A stretch of DNA of 64,000 bases from Eledone cirrhosa (taxonomy: Eukaryota): assembly GCA_964016885.1 (NCBI GenBank), contig OZ024740.1, positions 69,254,001 through 69,318,000 of the forward strand, written 5' to 3'. Under the pieces are notes generated by a model. The model ran no database searches and was not told the origin of the DNA. It was given only the letters and a program-made list of their open reading frames with translations. The translations under genes were made by a program, and so were the position numbers. This document shows positions 1-13,751 of the stretch, piece after piece (the stretch's first letter is position 1; the number at the start of each line of letters is the position of its first letter).

Positions 1-55
<55 letters not shown>

Positions 56-355
56 CATACCTAAATGCCCATATATATTAAATACGATTATTATTTTTTA
101 TTTTCCTGATGGTTTCGTTGTGGCGTCGTAGGGTCATTTGTGTTTCAGGTAAACTGCCATGCTTAAATATTATAATGGATGTCAACACACTGTGCATCAA
201 TATATACATATGTTTCTGTATGTCTCTTGTGTTGAAAAGGAGGTCTAGTATGTAAACAATCATTGAAAAATTGCTCCGAAGACCCCAAACCTCGGTTTGG
301 AAGAAACAATTGTAAGCGAATAAATGATTTGAACAGAACTTTGATTCATGTAATT

Positions 356-477
<122 letters not shown>

Positions 478-689
478 GAGAGCGAGAGAGATTTGGGGAG
501 GGTAATGCTGCCACTGCCTGAAATATATAGTAAAACAAACTCACTATTTGTTTTGGTTTTGTTTTTCACTTCAGTATATCTTATATTTCTATAATCACTT
601 CATCAGACAATCTATGTTTATCATTGATTGACCAACCGTTAAAAATATGGATATAAATATAGTTTCTCAGACTTCTTTCGGCTAACACC

Positions 690-1130
690 TGCGACATCAT
701 CGGTGATGTCAGAGTGTCTTACTATATATTTATGGCAATATTATTACAAAAGGACCCTCCCCAAATATCTTAATATTTGTTTCAACACAGGATTTCATAT
801 CAAAAGCCTTGGGTGTGTGTTGGGAGGATTGAACGATTCGGTGTTCCTGAGCAAACACATTTGTTCATTATTTTTTACCAGCTGCTGTATTTTTTCCGAT
901 TTTCTTATTTATAGCCATCGACGATTATTATAGTCATTTTTGCATACTTCTCTAAGAAGTTGCTTCCAACCTTGATTTCCGAGATGTTCGACATCATCAT
1001 GGTGGTGTCGGCTGCATGTAACGATGCAGCCCTTCCACACCACAAAACATCCGAGGTGGTTACGGCTGAAACTGCTTCAAAGTATGAGAGATCTACGAGA
1101 TTTGACTTCAGGCTAAACAACTCCATAGAC
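690..1130 (-). pseudogene. Degenerate L1/Tx1-like RT remnant
   Basis: Minus-strand translation 'HAADTT...LEKYAKMT' resembles the YADDTT motif and the following helix of L1/Tx1 RTs; many disablements. Confidence 0.3.
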
Positions 1131-1904
1131 TTACACCAACAATATCAACAACATCAATAACAACATCAACCATTACATAACTGTTCAACTATTATCCGCA
1201 ATTACACCAGATAACGCCAACAACTCGAAAAGTAATCTAAAATGTCCTATGCTCTGAGCAAATAGAAAACGTGTTACTTCAATCGGCAGGAAACGTGGAG
1301 TCTAACAGTGATTCATGCTTCAGCAAGCTAATCAAATTATTTCTGTGATTATTTGATAGAAAGCGTAATTCAAGAATAAAAATTCGCTGCATTTCAGAAA
1401 ATCTTCGAGGGTAATTCTCAAAATAAAAATATATTTTTCGACTAAGAATAAGATCATTTTTGTAGACAGCTGAATTGATTCGAATATATTATAAATGGTG
1501 AATAGAACAATAAAATAATAGCATTTATATTATACTACAATTGCCTAAAGTCAGTAATGTTATTGAGTATAGATGTGGAGAGAGATTATCGTGTCAAAAG
1601 CTTATATCGTAAAATGCCGACTTATGTGAATGTTTGGTACAAACCTCCTTTCTATACAATCAATCACACGTGTTGTGTATTGCTAAAAAATATAGAAATA
1701 TACTTAGACTACTGCTGCTCAATATTAAATATATAAAAGCATTAGCAGAATAGTTAAAGGGGAAGCTTAATAACGTATCTTTACATCCTGTGTTCCAATC
1801 CCATCGCCATGACAAACTATAGTACTAGTCATTTCCGAGTGTTGACATAATCTACTGAATTCCTTGCAAAATAGGACGCCTTGTCCCTACGAGAGATATC
1901 ATTA

Positions 1905-1995
1905 TTATATCCATTACGGAGTCGATAAAATAAAGTACCAGTAATGCACTGGGTAATTGTTGGCCTTGTGCCTAAAGTAGAAACAGTTATTATAT
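1905..1995 (+). mobile_element. 3' part of the window's main tRNA-derived SINE
   Basis: gtcgataaaataaagtaccagtaatgcactgggtaattgttggccttgtgcctaaagtagaaac matches the full copies at 9040 and 40607. Confidence 0.85.
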
Positions 1996-2030
1996 CCATT
2001 ACATTTGTTTTAACGTCAGAGAGGATGCTA

Positions 2031-2068
<38 letters not shown>

Positions 2069-2261
2069 TTAGTTGTGTGTGTGTGCGTGTGTGCATATAT
2101 ATATATATATACAGTGGCAGACTGGGTCTAAAAATATTGGTTGCCAGGAGATGAAGGGGGCCCACCTACATATCGAATGCTATCATTTAATTTATCATTT
2201 AATTAAGTGGTTATCCTGGTCGGGACTGGGAAACAAAATGAAAACTGAAAAAGATTACATG

Positions 2262-2335
2262 TACCTCCCGACCAGGATTGAACCCAATGCCAGGAGCTAC
2301 ACCGTCTATTGTACCTACCACTAGGCCACAGAGGC
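2262..2335 (-). other. tRNA-like remnant (pseudo-tRNA or SINE head)
   Basis: Minus strand has TGGCCTAGTGG (A box) and GGTTCAATCC (B box); cloverleaf not intact. Confidence 0.4.
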
Positions 2336-2483
2336 AACTACGAAAATCTTGTGAAAATTCATACTTATAAACCTAATTTAGAAATTTTCAAAACAAAATG
2401 GTGTGGTGTTGTTCATGTCTTTATTGTTATTGCTCCTACTTAAGGCCGACATCATTTGGGTGTTCTATAAACTACATCCTCGT

Positions 2484-2690
2484 TTCTAATTAGCTTGTTT
2501 GGCAAGCTAATTAGAACACTGGATTAACCCCTTTACTTCCCTCCGAAGAAAAGGTATTATCTCGAAAATTAAGGATATTTAAATAAAGTTAAGGTAAAAG
2601 ATTAATTGTCAACAATATCTTTTGCATTTGCATTTATATTCTATATCCATACCTGCATTATCTTGGCCTTACAACTCCAAACGTATTTAT
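2484..2690 (+). mobile_element. Solo PLE pLTR/3' end, same family as the 16815-18955 element, with variant HHR at 2538-2576
   Basis: Aligns with 18718-18915; starts with fold-back hairpin ttctaattagcttg-tttgg-caagctaattagaa; ends in (TA)n. Confidence 0.8.
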
Positions 2691-2699
2691 ATATATATA

Positions 2700-2886
2700 T
2701 CGAAGGAAATGTGGTAAGGAACCAGGTGGACCATAACGCACCAAAGTACTCAATACTTAGGGTAGTAGAGTGGGTAATAGGAACGAGTAGGACCCCGACG
2801 GCTGAGCTCAAGCCGTTTCGACGGCTAGTCCAGAACTAGCCGTCGAAACGGCTTGAGCTCAGCTGTCGGGGTCCTACTCGTTCCTA
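2700..2886 (-). mobile_element. ~190-bp asymmetric hairpin element (fold-back PLE terminus), copy 1
   Basis: ~55-bp inverted arms plus ~75-nt unpaired tail, flanked by (TA)n; other copies at 43727 and 46489. Confidence 0.85.
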
Positions 2887-3275
2887 TATAGATATATATA
2901 TATATATATATATGTATGTATATACATGTATGCCTATGTATGTAGATGCGCGGGGCCATAGAAATAATCGAGCTGGATATCCGATTGCGCAGTTAAACCA
3001 CTGGGAGTGAAGGACCTCTAGCCTTTGTCATGATATTCTTCTGGGAGAAGGCAACTCAGGAAACTCCGATAAACCTGACATAAAACCTGCGGCTCTGTAG
3101 TTATCGTTGATGTTGATCTTTTCTTCTTTTCGGGTTATTGCTACTGTCGCTCAGTGCACACTCTTTCCTCACTTTAAAAAATATCTTCACGCTCAGGCAT
3201 TGCATGATAGCATATTAATAACTATTAATAATGTTATATCGTGCAATGGCCATACTCGATAACGAGAGGGCAGCC

Positions 3276-3314
<39 letters not shown>

Positions 3315-3999
3315 GTGTTCTCGCGTATCGATATATGTATAAAAATGCATATTTATGTAGATATATAGGTGAGTGAATATTTGAACTGTTTAGACGTTTC
3401 TTTATGTGAGTGCGTTGGTGAATGAACGAGCGCGAGTTTATAATTTGTAGTAACGCATGTATATTCAATCCATGTTAATACTCATTAGTATTATCACTAT
3501 ATTAAAAAGTACGAGCCTTTACTAATCTATTACTAAACATGTGTAGTGTATGAAATTCTGTACATTTTCTCAAAGATTTTATTTAGTATAACTAACTGAA
3601 TCTTTTACCGTGAAAGACGTCAAGTTAAGCAGTAGGCATTTAACTTGATAACATTACGAACATACGAGTATGGCCATGCATTTCAAGGTATCTCCACAAT
3701 ACTGACTTTCCCTGCTGTACTCAACCTTAATCTTCATATAATCATCTCCCCACATAGCTACATTGTAGTACATTTTTTGTTAAACATTAATTCTGAATAA
3801 TATGTAGAGACATCATGACGCATGTACAGCTTACATATCAAAACAGAAAGCTTATGCCCTGATGAGGTTTAACTGGTTCTTGATTTCGAGTAGAAATAAA
3901 AATACAAAAGACCAGCCGACACGGAATGCGCCATCTGTTGGGATTATACAATTTACTATACCAACTCTGCATCTAAACAAGCATCGCATGCTATTCCTA

Positions 4000-5560
4000 C
4001 ACGTGCATTTCCGTGTCTGTACCGCGAATTATCAAGGCTCAGCTTCGCGAACGTGGATGTTCAGGCCAATGCGGGAGAGGCAGGTACGGCCGTTGCGGCT
4101 GCATTTGAAGGTCTGGTTAGGCTTTAATGGGCAGCCTCTGCGAAGCTGATAATCAAGCACTGAAGGGCTGTTTCTATCTGGGCAACAAGAACAGCATCGT
4201 AGACAAAGAAAAGGTAACGGATCAGTGCTCAATAGTTTTCATGCGGGCTGTAGTCGACGATGATTAAACAGGCTGCCATCAACATGGTATCTGAGGTAAA
4301 GTCCATCCTCATCATCAAGATTTTCTGGGGCCTGCTTGAGGATTATGCTGAAGAAGATGGTGAATAGAATCGGTTCCACGACGCAACCCTGCTTCACTAC
4401 GTTGATGATAGGCAGGGCACTGAGAGGTCACTGTTGAGTATGATTTGGCCACGCTGATCCTCGTGCAGCTGGATTACAATGTTCAGGAACTTTGAGGAAC
4501 AACTGAGCCTTTCCGTGATCTGCCACATTCCTTATTTGCTTACTGTATAGAAAGCTTTAGTCAATTTAACGAACGTTACATACAGACTTTTATTTTGATC
4601 TCGGCACTTTTTTGAGAGCTGTCTAAGATAAAACACCATGCCTGTTTTGCTCCTGTTGAGTCCGAAGCTACACTGGTTCTCTGCGAGGTGTCCGTCTGCG
4701 ATGGTAGGTACCAGTCTGTTTGCCTGTTTAGCAGCATCCTTGCAAGGATTTTCCCCTGAAAGAAAGCAGAGTATTCTCTTAGTAATTTGAGCAGTCTGGG
4801 ACAAGGCACTAAACTGCATCCAGGGATGAGGCTCCATTTCTTGCAGGTGCATTATAGCCCGGTGCGACAGTAACTATCAAGGTTAGGGATAGAGATAGAG
4901 TTAGATTTAGGGCTAGGGTTATGATTAGTGGCAAGGCACGTCATTCAAAGACTCTGAATCTATCAACATGTTTGGTAGCATCCAGCAGCCAGACCTCAGC
5001 CTGGGTATCTTCCCCCATACCTCCGAGTAAGGCTTTTGAGCTATAGCCTAGGAGAAGGACATTCTGATGTAAACCATACGATCTGAGGGCCTCACTATCA
5101 CCGTCGCAGCTTGCTAGGTCAGGACAGGTGAACCCCAGATTTAAAGGGTGGGTTCAATTCTGCGCACACTGCACTTCACCCCAATATCCACTGCACAAAC
5201 TCGACGGACATGTCTACAGACACCAAGCACTTCAGGTTCTTGGTAACGTTGGTAAAGGGACAAAAAAAACAGGTGCATGATGATACTGGAAGCGAGAGCC
5301 CCAATCCTGCATACATGTGGTTCAGGAGTTTCATTGTCTGATGCTGACTCGAGGACGAACATATCGTTCGACATACCTTGAAAGACCAAGCAACCTACTC
5401 TAGGGACAACACAGCTTGTTCCACAGGAGAGGGCTCTAGAAAAGGTGGCCTAAACAAAGCTTGACTCCTATTACCAAATTACGGTAAACGGGCATCTTAG
5501 CGGTCGAAAAACGTCAAAGAGGAAAAGGTACACACTCGCATGCAAGCGTGTGAATGGACA
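4000..5560 (-). mobile_element. RTE-clade LINE remnant with internal deletions
   Basis: ENQCSF..RS..MVFYLRQLSKKCRDQNKSLYVTFVKLTKAFYTVS, VKQGCVVEPILFTIFFS, and C-terminal C..GRTCLSRIGLNIH. Confidence 0.8.
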
Positions 5561-6035
5561 GAGAGTCGCAAAATGCTTCCTACACACACACATTTCCCCT
5601 TTTGAACTATTGACCACCATATTTACAATACATTCACAGGATACTTTTCCAAACAACTTCCTCCCCTGCTAAAAAAAATAATTATTGTTCTCATTCCACC
5701 CAACCTTTCAACCAGCAGGATGGAAGAAAAATTATTCATACATTCGATTTTGATTTTGATTTTGATTTTGATTTTGATTTTAATTTTAATCCTTTCATTT
5801 TTGACTCCTATCAACTAATTCTTTACACTCCACGTACGTTTGACAGGATGGATTTTAATACATCGAAACCGATAATTTCTTCATATACTTTATATACTTC
5901 GTAAAAATTTTGTTTTAAAAAAAATTGTCCTTCTGTTTTTTTTAATAACATTACCTTTTCAATAATGTCACTTTGACGAATCAAAAAAGAAAAGCAGACC
6001 CTTAAATATATCTCCCGTGCTTTTTCCAACTTCAT

Positions 6036-6115
<80 letters not shown>

Positions 6116-7370
6116 ATATATATATATATACATACGTATGTGTGTGCCTTTGTTAGTGTGAAGTACACTTATCGTGTTCAAATCCCGCGGATTACTAAGA
6201 AGGGACACGTTCCCTCGTGTCTAGTAGGCTCCGAATTATGTCTTTGGAAATCATTGACTGGCAAAGTCCAAATACAGGAATAATTTGACGTACTTGCCCA
6301 GATCAAAAACTACTTCATGTCTATTTATCCAATGTCTTCCTCATGCAGGGAAGGGCCTAACCCGAAATATTATACATTTGAAAACTCGTGGTAAGGAATC
6401 TTATTGAGCTATTTCATCATGGTATGTTTTATCCAAAACTTCTAGCACAAATAATCAAAGATACCTGCAAAATAATTCAATCGTTAAAAGTTCCAAAAGA
6501 AAAACAAAACACCATATCTAGAATTGTCTCCTATTAATTAATTTTAATTATATATATTTTTTTTTATTTGTTGATTGCGAACATAGTTTCTCAGATTTTT
6601 CAACTAATACGAATATTTTCATTTAAAGTAATGTAATTTCGAACACAATTTCATTTATTAAGACTTTGTATTTAGTATTCCGACTCATCGCAATAGATAC
6701 TACTAAGTGAAAACTATACAAAATAGTAATATTATTAAAGATCAAATATTACAAACTACAGTTCCACAAATTTGTTACATAAAATATTCACCTCTTAAAT
6801 ATATGTTGTATAGTTAAATTTAATGTTAATGTGCAATAATGTACTTCACCTTTCTTTAAAGGCATGTCATAAAATGACACTACATTTAAACTTAACATTA
6901 TATCTAGAAATTATAGTCTACGTATCTGTCAAGAAATATATATCTATAAGTTGATATATAATATAATATCTCTGTACAATTATCATTTACTTTGTCTATT
7001 ATAATTTCATATGAATTATAACCCTCCTCAGTTGTTAACTACATTTTCCTGAGAGAGGATTGCAGATAAGAATGTCACATTTAATCATTTCATAAATTTA
7101 ATTCATATCATTCAAATGGTAAGGTCAAAACCTATTAATTAGAAGTAATTATACGAATCAGAATAATCGGACGGAGAATCTTTGTTCCGACATATTTAAT
7201 TTCAGATTGGTGTTGACAATTATAATAAAATGAGACTTATGTTAGTTTTCAACTATATTGTGTCTGATAGATATAACCTATCGGAATAGAGATGGTAAAT
7301 GTAATAAAAGTTTTCCGTCTATGACCCAGAATGTAGAATGTATCATTAAATCAAAGTATGAACGTCAGTG

Positions 7371-7448
<78 letters not shown>

Positions 7449-7626
7449 TGTGTGTGTGTTTGTGTGTACATTCAAAATAGGGGCCGCACAGGACAAAGAC
7501 AATGGGAAAAGCAATGGAAAGATGTAGAGTCATATACATATATACATATATGCTTATACACACACACAAATACACACACACATATATATATATATATATA
7601 TTTATATATATTTATATATAGTTATA

Positions 7627-7666
<40 letters not shown>

Positions 7667-7680
7667 TATTTATATATATG

Positions 7681-7728
<48 letters not shown>

Positions 7729-7740
7729 CATATACACACG

Positions 7741-7784
<44 letters not shown>

Positions 7785-7918
7785 AATGCATACATATGTA
7801 TATACGCATACGATCAAATATATATATATATACATACACGAAAAGTAAACGGTAATAGCAAAGCAAATAACGCAGTACAATGAAGAAAATATATAAATTT
7901 GATACAGTCAGAAAAATG

Positions 7919-7954
7919 TCTTATAGCTTCGGAAATAAGTCCTTCATCTGAAGA
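7919..7954 (-). ncRNA. Degenerate type I HHR in a PLE 3' remnant
   Basis: tctt-CAGATGA-a-gga cttatt tcc-GAAG-ctat-aaga; stems I and II pair, core altered. Confidence 0.4.
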
Positions 7955-8373
7955 TAGAATGAAAAATAAAAGATAGTGAAAGATCGAATGAGAAACGGAA
8001 TGAAGGGAATAATTTTCTTTAAAGAAACTGCACATGTGAGATCACTTACCCAAATATATGTATGTTTGTATGTGGGGACGAGAAGAAGGGGATAGGAAAA
8101 GGGGTAAGATGATAAATAGGCAAAAATAGTGTAAAGAAGAGATAGAAGTGTTCAGTAAGATTCCGGTTTTGTCGATTCTTTGACAACATTAGTTGAAGTT
8201 TAGTCAGTCTGGTAAACTGTTTCTTCTTGTCATGGCTTCAAAGAAGTTTATTTTAATTTATGGGACACAAAATCCCACCCATGTTTACTCGAACACACAC
8301 TTGCTTTACGCACTCGCATGTTTAACTACATATACATACACACATATACAATTTTTTAATTACCATTATAAGG

Positions 8374-8458
8374 GGTCTGACGAGCCGTGGATTACAGATT
8401 TGGGTTATATCAATACAGATTGAACCTTGCGCTGATCAGTGGCGAAACGCGCGTCACC
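8374..8458 (+). ncRNA. Type I HHR with long stem II insertion, at the 3' end of a PLE fragment (~8240-8510)
   Basis: ggt-CTGACGA-gcc...ggc-GAA-ACgcgcGT-C-acc; upstream KKFILIYGTQNP resembles a GIY-YIG C-terminus. Confidence 0.75.
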
Positions 8459-8529
8459 AACCAACAAACGTAATGAAGGAGTAACTACTCGTCCTTGTTT
8501 TATTTTACTATATATATATATATATATAA

Positions 8530-8561
<32 letters not shown>

Positions 8562-9039
8562 GGGGGCTAGAGAATATATATATATATGTGTGTGTGCGTG
8601 TGTATGTTTGTGTGTGAGCTTGAGTGTATGTTTAGTATGGTTAGCCCACGGGGAGTGAGAATATTCGAGTCCTTGTTATGACATCTTGCTAGAAGAGAAA
8701 CATTGATCTAAAACATGTGCCTCGATGGTAGTCAATAATGTTGACCTGTTCATATTTTTTTAATACCTTCCACCGTTGTTCAGAGAGGGGGATGTGTCCA
8801 GTGCAGAACTTTCTTCACTTGACAAAATATTCAATCACAGGCATAACTTGATCAAAACAACTTTGACCTGTGTTGCTTGAACATAGCCTTTTCTTTATTT
8901 CTGTCACACAGAATTTTTAGAAAAAAATGTAAGTTATTGCCAGGGTGAAAACGTCATGTTCACACCACACCTGTATGAGTAAAAGGTCAAGGAATGGCAA
9001 TTCTCAGAACTGAGATGCAGCCATTATATAAACATACAT

Positions 9040-9228
9040 GGTGGATTGGCAGTATCGGTAGAGGGTTGGACGTTATGCTTTGACGCATAGAGTTACGGAT
9101 CTTTCCATTCTGAGTTCAAATCCCGCAGAGGTCAACTTTGCCTTTCATCCTTACGGGGTCGATAAAATAAAGTACCAGTAATGTACTGGATAATTGCTGG
9201 CCTTGTGCCAAAAGTAGAAACAATTATA
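9040..9228 (+). mobile_element. Full-length tRNA-derived SINE (octopod-type)
   Basis: A box tggcagtatcgg, B box gagttcaaatc, conserved body; TSD attatataaacataca at 9023-9038 and 9223-9238. Confidence 0.9.
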
Positions 9229-9569
9229 TAAACATACAGTAATAATGCATAGCTGTCTTCCAGCAAAAAGCTTTTGTGGAAGTAACTAGGATTTGGGTTT
9301 CTGAAGAGAAAAAAGATCACGATTGGTTTACTGCAGATGGACAACTTGTGGAAAGCTTTCTAAGCGAAAAACAAAACATAGTTAGATCAGTTCTTGTCTT
9401 GGCCAAAGGAAGGTACATACAAATCTCATAATGAGAAGGCCTTCAAAGAAAGTAAGCTGCGAGAGCAGCGTGAACTTGGAGCAGCAAAGGATTCATAGTG
9501 AATCAAAAAAGCCTATTATATACAAACCTCGGCAGAAAAACGAGATCATGTATCACTCTATCACAAAAT

Positions 9570-10305
9570 GCGCACAGCATATGACATACCGACCCCAGTC
9601 TTTGACCCATTGCGGTCGAAAAATAGAAACGAAGTGTTGCGTTATATTGATGAAATGAAGATAAGATTGTACAAACATTTAATGACCTCATAACCCACGA
9701 ATCTTTCGTTAATTCTGACGTGCTTTATTTTAAGATAGCAGTAATATATATGAACACTACCAAAGCCTTTTGGAAAGATTGTGTAGTGAATGATATAGTG
9801 CAACAAGGTAATCCTAAAAGAAACGATCGGTTGCATAAAATATACCACCTAGTACTGGAAGGAGGTCATATTTGTATCCCACTTCAGGAATGGATCCCCA
9901 GATGTTTGTAACAAATAACGAGGGATCACTTTACAACCGGTTGTTGGCAAAATCTTTGGAAGATTCATCTTAATCATCTGCTGATGCATCTTGCACCGGA
10001 ATTTCTGCCGGTATGTCAATGTGGTTTCCATCTATATCGGGGCACAACAGATATGATGTTCACTGTGAGGCATATGCAGGAGAGGTGCAAGAAATAACAA
10101 TTTGAGCTATAGAATTGATTTATTGATATTATGAAGGTTTTTGACACAGTAAAGAAATGAAAGTTCCGTAGAGTAAAATTATGAGGCTAGGTTGAACTGG
10201 GACTCTGTATGATGACATGAGACGGTTACATATACGCGCCGACTTTGTTTGCAATCATCTTCGCAGCGTTTCTGTTAAAAGTCTTCGCCAACACCGATGT
10301 TGGCA
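9570..10305 (+). mobile_element. Degenerate RTE LINE RT fragment
   Basis: RGITLQPVVGKIF, QCGF, RGTTDMMFT and MQERCK motifs interrupted by frameshifts. Confidence 0.7.
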
Positions 10306-11066
10306 TATATATATATATATATATTGGTAAACGGAATAGAAAATGCTGACAAATTGTTCACAGTTGAAAAATGGTTTAATTAGGAATAAAAGAGTATTAG
10401 TGATTGTATGGGTTAGTATTCAGTTGTGGTTTTAAGTTTTTAAGTTTTTACCGGTTGCGCATTTCTAAATGCTTTTCAAAAATAATTTTGAGATAGAGTG
10501 TCCGTGCTGTTTGCTCTGATCTGATTAGTTTTGGGAATTCTACCTGTTTTTATGTTAAAAAAGTGGCTCCAGCGTTATTTTTGTGTTGCAAAAATGCTTG
10601 TGGTCTAAACAATTTTGATTGGTCGGTAGAGGTCATGTGAATGTAAAAAGTTGATTTTGCGCCAAGACTGTTTTTATGTTTAAAAAGTGGCTCCAGCAAA
10701 AATTCTTGGTCAAAACAATTTTGATTGGTCGGTAGAGGTCATGTGGATAAAAAATTGGTTTTGCGCCAAGATTGAGAAATAACTCTTTCACAACAAATAT
10801 GTGTGTGTGTGTGTGTATATGTGTGTGTGTATGTGTGTGTGTGTGTAGTAGTAGTAGTAAGGTGTTCGATGCTGCGACAATGGCCAGCAGCGATGTGTGT
10901 CAAATGGCTATTAAGATAAGTGTGTGTGTGTGCGTGTGTGTGTATAGCAGAGTCATTCGAAGGTCAAAAGATATTTTTCAGCTTTTGTCTTATACGGTGA
11001 AGTGCGTGTGTGTGTGTGTATATAAGTCTCTTTGTATGTTGATGTACGCGTGTGTATGTGTTTGTG

Positions 11067-11108
<42 letters not shown>

Positions 11109-11434
11109 GGTGGACCAGTATATTTTTCCCCCTGGTAAAATGGTGTACATTATTCGATTTTTTCAGTAAAATCGGTTCTCTTAATAGAACATCAAAAATC
11201 TTAACAATAAGAGGTGTGAAATGATATTCACTATATATATATACACACATACATATATCCACTACATATATATATATATATATATACATATATACATACA
11301 TATATATGCACATATATTTGTTTGTATTGCACCATAGAGCATGTGTGTTTACGTGTGTCATTGTGTTTATATGTGGGTAGAGATGTGTGCTGATGTAGGT
11401 ATGTATGTTGACGTGTGTATGTTGTGGGTTCGTC

Positions 11435-13751
11435 TTAGGGAGAAGTGTTTAGACGGGGTCCGTATTTGTTAATGAAGTAAGATTCCTTGCTGATGCGCTG
11501 GGTGTGGGTGGCATTATCTTTAAATTTGTAGAGGGGAAAGATTCTGAAGTTGGGATGATTTTGGGCGGCACAGGTATCAATGTGTTCACTCAGTGGTATT
11601 TTCCTGTATTCCCGTATTTTAATTTGGGATCTATGGACAGTCATGCGTTGGCGGAGGCTGTGTTTGGTCTGGCCTATGTATTGTTCTCGACAACCTGAAC
11701 AAGTTAATACATATATTAGATTTTCCGATGCACATGTGAAATTGTGTTTTACTATAAAACGTTGTCCATCTTTGAAATAGAATTCCGAACCCTCTATTAG
11801 GTTGATGCAAATGCCACAGTTGGGTCTATCGCATTTTTTTACTGTGGGTTTCGTTGTTGTGGTTGGCAGTACTTTGGCATGTGTTAAGATGTTTTTCATT
11901 GACTTGGATTGTCTTTTGCTCTTTATGATATCGTGTGTTCGTAGAATTTGGTTCATTCTATGGTCCTTTTTCAATACAGGGATGTTCTGGAGGATGGTGT
12001 CAAAGGCCTCATTGTTGAGGGGTTGTGTGTGGAGATGTATGGAAGAGCTTTTAGTTTTGGTTGATTTACTGTAGGGTGTCTAAGGTCCTGGGTACTGAGT
12101 TTTAGGGCACGTTGGATTCCATTGTCAATTAGTGATGCAGGGTAGTCCCTGCCTATGAGTGTGTCCTTTAGTTCTTGTAGCCGTAAGTAGCAGATGTTTT
12201 TATTGGAGACTATAGTACAGATTCTCTTGGCTAAGTTGTAGGGAATATTAATTTTAACGTGTCTAGGGTGGCAAGAGTTGAAGGGGAGATAATGCTTGGA
12301 GTCTGTGGGCTTGTAGTATATGTCTGTTTCTAATTTTTGTTATGGATCTTAATGAGGATGTCGAGGAAGGGGTGTTGTTGATGGCTGTATTCCATCGTGA
12401 AGTTAATATTCGTGTTGAGCCCATTTATAAGGGTGTGAAATTCTTTAAGTTTTTCGATGTTTTCGTGCCAAAGGATGATGCAGTCAGCTAGATATCGCTT
12501 CCAGTTCCTTTCAATGTGTAAGTGGAGGGTGTTTCCAAATTTGTTTAGGACTTTAGTGTAGAGGGTGATTTCCAAGTATCCCATGACTAGGTTGGCATAA
12601 GTAGGGGCTGTTTTCGTTCCCATAGCGGTCCCAGATTTCTGCCTGTAGGGTTTGTTATTGAAAACGAAATAATTGTTCTCCAAGATAAATTTGAGTCCCT
12701 CTATCACGAATTCTTTTTTGATGCGTTGTGGGAGTTCATTGTGGAAATTATCCAGCCAGAATTGGATAGCTTCTATTCCTAGGTTGTGGGGGATGTTGGA
12801 GTATAGGTTGACTACATCGAACGTCACTAGTAGGGTTTGTTCAGAAAGTGGCATATTAGGGAGGTGATTGAGCATATCTAGGTCGTCCCTTATATAGCTT
12901 TTGATGTGTTTGAGGAAGGGTTTGAGAAGGGTATCAATGAAGTTGCTAAGACGGTGCGTTTCGCAAGCGGGGCCTGCTATTATAGGTCTTAATTTGAGAT
13001 CATTGGGTGAGGGGACATTGATGACTATGTCTGTGGCTTCCTTGCATGCCTTACTGATTGATTCGCTTTTATGTACTTTAGGGATACCGTAGAAGAGGCT
13101 GGATTTACTTGTGAAGTCTGTGATGAAGCTGAATTCCTTGTTAGTGAGTCCTTCTTTGTATTGGTTGATTAGAGTTTTTAGGTTTCTCATAATTTTCTGT
13201 TGATTGTAGTGTTCAGCCTTTTCGTAGTATGTTTCGTTTTCCAAAGTGGAGAGCGCTAAGTTGATATAGAATTCTGTCTCCATTAGGACTACTGTACTCC
13301 CTTTATTAGCCTCTTTAATTGTAATGGTTCTGTCGGTTTTTAATCTATTTAATTCTTCCCATTCTTTCTTGTTGAGGTTTGGCTTGTGTTTTTGTCTGTG
13401 CAAGTGTTGGTAAGGGAAGTTTGTGATGTGTTCACAGAATTCGTCCAGGATTTTATTTCTACCTTTTGAAGGGGTGTAATTGCTTCTATTTCTGGCTAAT
13501 GATTCATCCTCATTTTACTGGTCGAATAGTTGTTCACTAAGTCGTAACTTTCTACAGAAGTCTGTGATGTCTTCCTTTATTTCATAGTAGTTAGGACGTA
13601 GTGGGGTCGGTGTGAATTTAAGACCTTTGGAGAGTAAGTTGATAAGGTTGGGTGTTGGTTCTGCACTAGTAACATTGATAATTTTTATTACTATCGGTTT
13701 CTCCTCCCTGTCTTGTGTTATTTTGTTTGCCTGTATCTGTGTGCTGTGTCT
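11435..13751 (-). pseudogene. PLE RT-GIY-YIG ORF2, disrupted
   Basis: LLSKGLKFTPT, FYGIPKVHK, RPII, FDVVNLYSNIP, YRQKSGTAMGT, YLAD (mutated YxDD), CDRPNCGIC, LIYVLTCSGCREQYIGQT; one stop and frameshifts versus copy 2. Confidence 0.92.

Noticed and set aside
104-134. HHR-like remnants here and at 6343-6377
   Set aside because: Core boxes carry deletions; cannot be called with confidence
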